A stretch of DNA of 64,000 nt, taken from a virus. Below are positions 53,713 to 62,800 of this stretch, piece after piece (the first letter of the stretch is position 1; the number at the start of each line of letters is the position of its first letter). The stretch lies in the IMG/VR virus record IMGVR_UViG_3300048592_000244, positions 1-64,000 of that record. One strand, given 5' to 3'. Both the position numbers and the translations under genes were made by a program. Under the pieces are notes generated by a model. That model did not search any database. It saw only the letters and a program-made list of their open reading frames with translations, and had not been told where the DNA came from.

Positions 53713-54410
53713 TGCCTGACTTTGACGACCTGTTCGTAGTGATCGAGGAAGGCGAGGACACCATTGAGGTGCGCCAGCGTGCCCCGGTCCAAGGCATGGA
53801 CCCGGCTGCCATCACACGCCACAGGGTCTACCCAAGGAAATTCCGCATCAGGGCTACCATCGCTCAGGCGCTGGCCGTCTACATGGAATCCATCCAATTT
53901 CCAGTGGACATTCCGCTGGCACCGGGTGTCGCCGCAGCCCTCCCTGCTGGCTCGATCCCGATACCCTCAACGGAAATTCACGACTTCATCCCAGCAAAAA
54001 TGTTTGAAAATCTGTTCTGGGGCTTGACTTCGGATGACCTTTTCCAAGACCGTAAGTACGAGGGCAGTTTGGTAGGGTTCCTGTCGGATGCAGGATCGTT
54101 CAACCTGAGAGGGAGGCAAGGTGCCAACCAACAGGTCACGACAGTCGAAGTCGTAGTTGAGTCTTCGCCTGCCCGGACAGCCCTCGATACGGCTATGCGC
54201 TTGTGGTCGATGTTCTTGGAGCCGATTGGTTTCACAGTAGAGTCCGAGTTGCTGGATACACAAACTGGTCAACGGCTGAAAGTCCGACAGCCAGACCTCG
54301 CGGTGCAGCGAGTGGAACCAGCAAACGAACCACGGATACTCGAACGTGTGGGAGCAGGACGCGTCAAGGCAGCTTTCAGGCTCATAGTCAAGTACACACG
54401 GTTTATTTAG
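53712..54410 (+). CDS. putative tail terminator/completion protein
   Basis: Directly upstream of tail tube; positional inference. Confidence 0.5.
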   Translation: MPDFDDLFVVIEEGEDTIEVRQRAPVQGMDPAAITRHRVYPRKFRIRATIAQALAVYMESIQFPVDIPLAPGVAAALPAGSIPIPSTEIHDFIPAKMFENLFWGLTSDDLFQDRKYEGSLVGFLSDAGSFNLRGRQGANQQVTTVEVVVESSPARTALDTAMRLWSMFLEPIGFTVESELLDTQTGQRLKVRQPDLAVQRVEPANEPRILERVGAGRVKAAFRLIVKYTRFI

Positions 54411-54419
54411 GGAGCACTC

Positions 54420-55655
54420 ATGCCACAGATCGGTCGTTCGGTGGTGAGCCCTTTCAACCCGCAGAACCTCGTGCTGCCGTCACGAATTTCTGTGTGGTTC
54501 GCGCCTTTCGACGCGCAGGGCCGCCAGTCCGACTACTTCGAGCTTGGCGATGTCTCGGACATTGAAATCAACATCGCTGAAACCTTTGCTGAAAAGAAGT
54601 CAGCGCGACAGGGCACCTTCCAGACCATCAAGCGCCTCATCAACGACCTCGTTGGCGAGATCACGATGAACCTCTCGGAAGTCGTCGGTCGCAACCTCGA
54701 ACTTCTTTTCCGCCCAGCCCAAGTCCTCCTCCGCGACGGCGTAGCAAACGCTCTCAGTGTGTGGCACGAGAGCACTCGTCCTCGCCTGACCGGAACCACA
54801 CCGTCCGACGTAGCACCCGGCATCGCGCAGGAGCGCGTTGACGGCGGCGCGTTGAACGAGCAGGACTTGACCATCCTGAGCGTCACGAACCTCGCGGGCA
54901 ACGTCCAGTACATTTCCGGCACGGACTACACGTTCGTGCAGGCAGTGACTGGCGTGTTCGACTCGGCCACGCTGACGTTCGCCACGTTCACCACGGCAGT
55001 CGGTGACGAAATCATCCTCACCGAAGACGACGGCACCATCACGACTCTGACGGCAGGTACGGAGTTCGAGGATGGCGCAACCGCAGGTTCAGTAGGTGCT
55101 CTGGCGGCGGGAGTGGCGGAAGCCATCAACGCTTACAGCAGCAGCTACCACGCCACGGCGGCTGCTGGCGTCGTCACGATCAACCACAACAGCCTCAGTG
55201 CGGCGGCCCCGGCTGCCATCACTGTGACTGGCGCGGCCCTGATCGTGGACGTCGGTGCAGGCCCGTTTGCCTTCGCTGGCTTCGTCGCCACGGTCCCGGC
55301 CACCATCGCACGCATCAGCACCGGAGCCATTCCGAACGGTGCCGAAGTGAAGGTGACGTTCACCTTCGAGCGTGCAGCGGTCGAGTACCAGTTGCAGTCG
55401 GGGCAGGTCTTGGAGGGAGCGATGAAGCTCCAGATTCTCTCCACGTCCGGCCCGCAGGGGTTCTACGAGTTCTACCGCGTGAACCTCGAAATCGGCGGCA
55501 ACATCACCGTCAACCCGCAGGAATTTATGATGGCCCCTCTCAAGGCCACCATTCTGACGGGCGGCGACGGACGCCGAGGCCGCTTCGTGCAGGCGTGCAA
55601 CTTCGCTGACTTCTTCGTGCAGTCCAGCGTCACGACCTGCTCGGCAGTTGCGTAA
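54420..55655 (+). CDS. major tail tube protein with inserted beta-rich domain
   Basis: YFELGDVSDIEINI...GEITMNLSE..NLEL tail-tube N-region; Thr/Ala-rich insert; upstream of chaperone and TMP. Confidence 0.8.
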   Translation: MPQIGRSVVSPFNPQNLVLPSRISVWFAPFDAQGRQSDYFELGDVSDIEINIAETFAEKKSARQGTFQTIKRLINDLVGEITMNLSEVVGRNLELLFRPAQVLLRDGVANALSVWHESTRPRLTGTTPSDVAPGIAQERVDGGALNEQDLTILSVTNLAGNVQYISGTDYTFVQAVTGVFDSATLTFATFTTAVGDEIILTEDDGTITTLTAGTEFEDGATAGSVGALAAGVAEAINAYSSSYHATAAAGVVTINHNSLSAAAPAAITVTGAALIVDVGAGPFAFAGFVATVPATIARISTGAIPNGAEVKVTFTFERAAVEYQLQSGQVLEGAMKLQILSTSGPQGFYEFYRVNLEIGGNITVNPQEFMMAPLKATILTGGDGRRGRFVQACNFADFFVQSSVTTCSAVA

Positions 55656-55693
55656 GCAGCAGCCTTGCAGTAAAAATCCGACATGGATAGACT

Positions 55694-55729
55694 CAGCCCC
55701 GGTGCTCCTAGCCGGGGCTGTTTCTTTTT
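55694..55729 (+). terminator. Rho-independent terminator
   Basis: CAGCCCCGG/CCGGGGCTG plus TTTCTTTTT. Confidence 0.75.
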
Positions 55730-55744
55730 CAGCAGGAGGAAATT

Positions 55745-56278
55745 ATGGCACGCAAGATCGACACTGCCGAGACGCGGGAAATCACCCTACGAGGTGGCAC
55801 CGTGCTCGTCGTGCAGGAGTTCGCGTCCTTTGGCTTCATGCAGGCCGTGGGCTCGATCAGGAAAATCGTCACCAGAATCCGTGAGTCCGGTGACTTGGAG
55901 GCCATGTTCCGTGGCCTCTGGGACGCGGCCCCAGATGAGGGCGGCGACCGCAAGGTGAACATCAACCAGCTTGTGGAATTGCTGGAGATGGTCATGGGGG
56001 CAATGGGCGATGACCCGGACCCGCTGTTCAAGATCATCGAACTCAGTGTGCGCGACGGCGACAAGAAATTCACCGCTGATGACGCGCACAACCTCATGGT
56101 TGAAGACGTCGTGGGCATCCTCAAGGCCATCTACGAGTTGAATTTCACCAAACTAAAAAAGGCTCTGACCAAGGCGGGGTTGGTCAAGGAGACCAGCGAC
56201 GAAAATCCCTCGCCGAGTCCCTCGACCAGCTTGCCGACGACGCCGAGCGAGCCCTCGACGACGCCCGCAGCGAGCTAG
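55745..56278 (+). CDS. tail assembly chaperone (gpG-like)
   Basis: Between tail tube and TMP; contains slippery site. Confidence 0.8.
   Translation: MARKIDTAETREITLRGGTVLVVQEFASFGFMQAVGSIRKIVTRIRESGDLEAMFRGLWDAAPDEGGDRKVNINQLVELLEMVMGAMGDDPDPLFKIIELSVRDGDKKFTADDAHNLMVEDVVGILKAIYELNFTKLKKALTKAGLVKETSDENPSPSPSTSLPTTPSEPSTTPAAS
56155..56161 (+). promoter_or_regulatory. -1 programmed ribosomal frameshift site A AAA AAG
   Basis: In-frame cta aaa aag; the -1 frame is open to 56868. Confidence 0.8.
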
Positions 56279-56868
56279 ATGCACGACGTGCAGAGCACCA
56301 GCTAATCGCTGCGGGTTTCGACCCGGAGTTCATTCGCTGGGGCTGCACGATCAAGGACTTCAAGGCGTACCTGCTGTCCGTGATGAAGGACCGGATGGAG
56401 CGGCAGCGGGAACAGAGCATGGCGCTTTCGCTGGCGGTGGCTTCCTTGTTCGACCCGAAGGTAGGCAAGGAAGCCTCCACAGCAATCCAGAAGGCCATCG
56501 AAGCTCTTGAAGACCAGCAAGAGGGGCTGTACGGATTACAGGAATTCGCCAGAACAGGAGAACGACCAGTCCGGCAGACCAAGCAGGAACGTCGGGCGCA
56601 GGAAAATCAGAAGGACGAGTCGGGGCTCACCAAGAAGCAGGTGGACACTTGGAAGGACGCAGGGAAAATCGACCTGCTGATGGCTAAGATGACCGGCAGG
56701 CCCACAGGGGCGCTCTGGTCGGGTGTCACTGACGGCAACCTCCAGATGAATGCTGACGGCCTGAATTCTATGGTCGAAGGCGTTACAGGAGCCCAGATCG
56801 TAAGTAAGATGCAGAACATCCACCAACGGATGAGAAGCAGCGTTAGGGCCGGACCACGGAAAAAGTAA
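56155..56868 (+). CDS. tail assembly chaperone frameshift extension (gpGT-like)
   Basis: -1 frame reads KKGSDQGG...AYLLSVMKDRMER and joins ORF 56380..56868. Confidence 0.75.
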   Translation, partial: KKGSDQGGVGQGDQRRKSLAESLDQLADDAERALDDARSELDARRAEHQLIAAGFDPEFIRWGCTIKDFKAYLLSVMKDRMERQREQSMALSLAVASLFDPKVGKEASTAIQKAIEALEDQQEGLYGLQEFARTGERPVRQTKQERRAQENQKDESGLTKKQVDTWKDAGKIDLLMAKMTGRPTGALWSGVTDGNLQMNADGLNSMVEGVTGAQIVSKMQNIHQRMRSSVRAGPRKK

Positions 56869-59800
56869 ATGGCGCTGTCAGTCGGTGAAGTAGCAGTCGA
56901 TTTCGTCGCTAACCTCGACGACCTTTTCAAGAGCTTGGAGAAGCTCGGGGAAAAGTTGGACGAGGCTCTCAGCGGCAAGCAGGAGATCAAGGTCTCCTTC
57001 GATGAGCGCATTATTGCTCAGATCGACAAGATGGCCGATGGGGTTGAAAAGATTTCCAACCTCACTGAGCGCGTCCGCACCGTGGCAGAAGGCGTCTTCG
57101 ATTCACTGGACGGTCGCATTGGCAACACCAGTGAGCAGATCGAGAAGTCATTCGGTGGCGCGGTCAAGAACATCGAAGGCCAGACAGACGACTTCATCAC
57201 CACGTTCATCAACAAAGTCACCAAGGGGGTCTCGCGCCTGAGCCCCTTGGTGCTTGGACAGTTGTTCGGTGCCACGCTGCTGATCGAGCGGCTTGTCGCC
57301 GGTGGGTTCAAGCTCACATCCATCCTGCCGAAATTCCTTGTGTCTGGCACCGGCGCTGTCGGGATCATGCAGGGACTTGTGCAGGCAGTGAAGACATTGA
57401 ATTTCCCGTTCCTGCTCGGCTTCCTTGTGGATGTGTCGCAGTCCCTGCTGTCGGTGACGACAGTGGTGGCGTTGTTGACTACAGGGCTCCGTGGATTGAC
57501 AGGTCTGGCTTTGCGCTTCCTTGGCAAACGCCCAGAATCGCAGGTGCAGAAATTCGTCGTCCTGCTGGAAACTCTGAACGCCGGTCTGACGGACATGCTG
57601 GCCAAGACGCGCATCTTCATTGAGCGCATGTTCTTCATCACGTCCGGCCTGACGTCCATCGCAGGCTTGCTCACGATTCTCGGCACAGGCGTTACCGGCC
57701 TGACAGCCGTGGTCAGCCCGTTCCTCGCTGCGGTCTTCGTCGGAATTTCCGGCATCAGGCTGGCCGCTGCTCGTGTGTCGGACATGCTGCTGCGCTTCCG
57801 TGCCTCAGCCGGTGACGGTCGTGCCCAGACCACTTTGTTCCTGCGTGCGCTTCGTAGCCTGTTCCCGATCCTTGACGCCATCGCTCGCAACGCCAAGCCG
57901 ATTGCGAAGATGATAAACGAGTTCGCAAAGGGCGGGTTCGCCAAGCGCATGAAGCAGGTGATCGGTGAATTCCAGAAGGCACTGAGCGGAATTTCCCGCA
58001 TCGAAGACGCCATCAACCGTCTTGCTGCCACGATGGAGAAGACGTCGAAGCAGGTGATGAAGCAGATGGGCCAGTTCATCAGCAAGGCTGATGAGTTGTT
58101 CAAGAAAATTGGGCGTCAGGGTGCCCGTGATGCTCTCGCATCAATCGAGCGCGTCCGTTCGTCGGCCACCAGTGCGACGAAGGAAGTCCAGCAGAGCGTG
58201 GCCCAGATCGCGCCCGCAGCCGACAAGGCAGAGAAATCTGCAACGAGGCTGGGGGCGCGTCTCGTTGAGATGGGCAAGCGGACTCTCGGACTGATCGGAC
58301 GCACTGGTGTTGCTGGCACCGGGTCGCTGCTCGGCCTCATGTTGTTCGGCACGTCCGGTAATATCGCACCGTTCCTCGCTCCTCTCGCACAATTCCGTGA
58401 CCGGCTGCTTGGTGGATTTTCCGAAGTCAGCAAGGGCGCACGTCAGGTAGGCGACACAGTAGCTGAATCGTTCGGCTCTGGCGCGGCAGTAGAAGCTGCG
58501 ACAGGCTTCCTTGACGCAATGTTCTCCACGCTGGGCGGGCTGCTCGACGTCGGCGTTGAACTCAGCAAGAAATTCTGGGGCGTCTTCGTTGACCCCGCGA
58601 CACTAACCAGCGCATTCGCTTTTGCCGGTCAGACGGTCGCAGGATTGGCCCCGCTTCTAGCGACAGGGGCTGGTGCTGTCCTCACGCCCTTGGTGTTGCG
58701 CGGCGTAAAGAACCTGACTGTCGCCAGCGCCGGTGTGATTCGTGACGCTGCCTCGGGCGTCTGGCCGGTCGTCCGTAAGAGTCTTGTCGAGCCGGTGAAG
58801 GATTTCCTCCTTTTCCTGCCACGGCAGACCAAACGCTTCGCTACGCAGACCGTACCTGATATGGTCAACCGTCTCACTGCTCGTGTCTTCAAGGGCACGG
58901 TTGCTGTGGGAGAGCGCGTCAAGCAGTTCTTCGGCCTCGCTGAACTCACCGAAGAACAGGCGAATGAAAAAGCGATAGCGGCCATCCAAGAGCGCACCGC
59001 AGGGATGCGTGAGCAGCGTTCCGCTCTCAAGGAGCAACTCAACCTGCTCCAGCGCAGTAAGGACTTCGGTGAGGATGAAGTTGCCCGGCGTGCCAAGCTC
59101 AAGCAGGTCGAAGATCAGCTAACCACGGCACGGTCCAAGGCGGCGGAGCTTGAACGCAAACTCAAGGGCGATCTGACGGTTGACCCGGAAGGCGCGAAGA
59201 AAAAGCTCGCTGCTACACGTGAGGAAATAAAGCGACTGGCGCAGGAAGCCAGCACGCTCGACGCGCCGTTTACCGAAGTGCAACAGCGCATCATTGAGGC
59301 GGAGACACAACTTCGTTCTCTGACCGATGCGCTGTCCAAAGAACTGTCGCAGGAAGCCATCGAGAAGCTGACTGCGGACATCAAGGCGAACAGCAGGCCG
59401 ATCCGCTCTGCCATTGCCAACGTCGGCATTGACGCAGGAAAATCATTCGCCTCCGGCATGAAGGCTGCAACATCGTTGGTCCGCGCTGTACTGGTGTCTC
59501 CATTCTCGTCTGCGGCCACCAAGCGCAACATTCAGGCAGCGGCCAGTAACTTGTCCAAGTCGTTCCGGTCGGCATTTTCCGCAGCCTTCCGCATCGGTGG
59601 TGGCATCCTCGGCCTGATCCCCGGCCTCAAGGGAATTGGTGAGCGGCTCAAGGCACGCGCTGGCACCACAGCCGGGCTCACTGCTGGTACGCCGGAAGAA
59701 GAAGCTGCCAAGCGCAAAGCGGCGGCTGACGTCAAGGCTGCCAAGGCACAGGACGAACTCACGCAGGTGCTGCGTGCGGAAAAGGTCGTAGCCGAAGCGG

Positions 59801-62800
59801 CTATCAGACAGAAGGAACTTGAGAAGGCTGCCAGCGAACTCCAGATCAACAACCAGATGCTCATGTCTGGTCAACTGGAGAAGACCGAAAACGTCATGCG
59901 GGAAATGACCGGCTCGTTCCTCGGGCTGGCGAATCTCGCCGGGCGGCTAGAGGAGACAACAAACGAAACTGCCACCAGTGCTCGTCTGTTGTCTAAAAAT
60001 CTGCGGGCCGCTGATTTCCAGCCAGCGATTGATCTTGCCCGGCAGATCGACCAGTCGATGCCGTCGTTGCAGGACATGCGCTCACAATTCGAGCGGCTGG
60101 CCGATGCGGTTGGTATGGATGTAAAGACGCGGGAAGCGGCCCGCGCTCAACTGGATGCTGCCGAAGACAAGATCACTTCTGTATTGGGTGAGCGTGCAGA
60201 AGCCCTCGTCAAACTTACCGGCTCCGACAGCTTGCAGATTGAAGCTGCCCAGAAGGAATTGAAGGCGCTTGAAGCCAAGGCTGCCTCTGACTTGGGCACG
60301 GTGCAGGATCAGGAAGCTGTCGTCGCACAGCGCGTCAAAGTAGCCAAGATGGTACAGGCTGCTGAGACCAAGCTGATTCAGGAATTGAAAGACGCGGAAG
60401 AAGCAGTGAACGTCAACTCGGCGGCATTCGCCAAGTGGACGAAGGAAATTGATAAGCAGCAAGCGATCATCGACACGTCCGGTAAGTCTTCCAAGGCTGG
60501 TAAGGAGGCGCAGGAAAAACTTACGCGGGCGATGGAAAACCGCCAGAAGGTGGCGGCCACGGCAGAAAATGAACTCACCAAGCGTGTAGACGAAGTGCAG
60601 CAGGTGATGCTGGCTTCGCGGGCAGCGTTGAACAAGCTGCCGAATGCGGTGAAGGATTTTGCGGCCACGTTCAACCGGATCACTAATGTTGAGGGCGTGC
60701 AGACGCTGGCATCATTGGCTGCTCAGGAAGCCGCTGGTGAAGAACTACGTATCTTCACAGATCAGTATGCGAACTCTCTCAAGGAGCAGGCTGCGGAAAT
60801 TGAATTGCAGCAGCAGGTGCTCAAGGAAGAAGAAGCTGCTGCCCGCGCTCTGTTGAAGGAAAAGCGTTCGTCCGCTGTGATCCAGAAGGAATTGGACGCT
60901 GCGCTCAAGCTGTCCACCATCCGCGAGGAACAACTTGCTGTGGCTGCCAAGGGCGCACAGCTTGCGATGGAAGACATCAAGGTCGCCGAGGAAGAAACAG
61001 CGGACGCGGCCACAAAGCATGAAAAAGCACTCCAGCAGGGAACATCAGCCACGAAGGAAATGTCCACGCAGGCGCTGCGAGTCGCCGGTGCGCTGGAGAA
61101 GGCCAAGCTCGCCATTGACGAGGGCGGCCAGTCCATGAAGGAACTGGCTGTCGCCGCTGATGAAACTGCGACAGGTACTGGTACAGCGAAGCCACCACGT
61201 TCAGGCGCACGCATTGGCCAAGGACAGACTGGTCAGCTTGCCGATCTGGCCGCTGTGCTGCTTTCCGGGGCGACAGCAAAAGACATCGAAAAGGCACCAC
61301 TCACGCCGATCCGCGAGCGCATGAAGAATGCACCGGAAGTTCAGGCGATCCAAGCCTTGGTTGGAACTGAGGACGCTCTTGAGCGCGTGCTGGCCATCCT
61401 CAATCAGATCACGCAGCAGCCTGTTCAGCGCCTCAAGAAATTGAGCGACGGGTTCTCGAACTTGCTGACGTTGCTCAAGCGGTTGGAGGCGAGCCCCGAG
61501 CGGTTGGAGAAGTTCACCCAGCAGTTCTCTGGTGAGGTGATCGGCGATATGTCGCGCATGGTCGGCCTGATGGACAAGATGGTCGCCAATGTGAAAAAGC
61601 TCAAGGTGCCCGGTGGTGCGGGAGCCCGTGGGCAGTTGAAGGGTTTCGAGTCTTTTGCTTTGCGCACACAAGCGCAGCTTATGCAAAAGGCTATGGAAGG
61701 CGCTATTGATTGGTCTACGGTAATTGAACGCTGGATGGCAGCACTCCGAGCGGAATTTCCGAATGTCAAGATAGACTTGAGCGCGGGGCAGCAAGTATTA
61801 GCGACCGAACTTGAACTTGCTGCTAGAAATGCTCTCAAGCAGGTCATGGGGCGTCTGTCTGCTCGTGGTAATCAGGGCGAAAAACTGGTTGCCATGATTT
61901 TCGACGGTGCTCGTGCTGCAAAATCCAAAGCAGGCAAAGCTGGCGAAGAAGTAGCTGATGAATTCGCCGCCAATTTCCCGCAGTCGATGCCAAGGCGTGG
62001 TCCTCTGCGTGAAATGCTGACCAAGCTGCCGATGCTCGGCCAGATGATCGGGCAGCGTATGCTTGCTGGCATTGGTGTGCTCAAGGAGCTTACCAGCCAG
62101 TTCATGCGTCAGGGCTTCGAGGGGTTCCTGCCCGCTGCATTCAACATGGGTGCGAGCGTAGCTGAGAAGTTCTTTGGTGGCCTCGGCAGTGGGCTCAACA
62201 AGATTGGTGACGCGCTCCGCAAGATTCCGGTCATCGGCATCCTTGGTGAAATTCCTCTCAAGGTAGCAGGCTTCATCGCTAAGGGTCTCGGCGTCATCAC
62301 CGCAGGCATCGCCAAGATGGCGGCGCAGGTCAGCGGTGCTGTCACCAACCTCGTCAAAGAGACGAGCACGAAATTGTTGAAGCTCGGTCTGGACGCTACC
62401 CGGCTGCGTCTCGATCCGAATAACCTCCAACGCTTCAATGAGGCGATGGGGATTCTCGGTGGGTCTGCATCTGATGCGGAGGCCGGGCTTCAACAGCTTA
62501 CCCAGAGCATTGAGCAAGTGGCGCGTGGTTCCGCACCGGAACTGGAAGCGGCCTTTGCCGATGCTGGCCTGTCGATGCAGGACTTGAGCAAGCTCGGTTC
62601 TGACGAGATTTTCCTGCGCATCGCCAAGGCAGCCAACGAAGCAACCGGGGATATTCGCAAGCAGAGCGATCTCCTGCGCCTGATCGGTGCGGATTTCAGC
62701 AGCCTGCGTGGCGTGGTGCTCTCAGGTAGCGAAGCCATTGCTGACGCCTTCACCCGCGCCAACAAGAACCCGCCGATCAGCCAGAAGACGCTGGAGCTTG

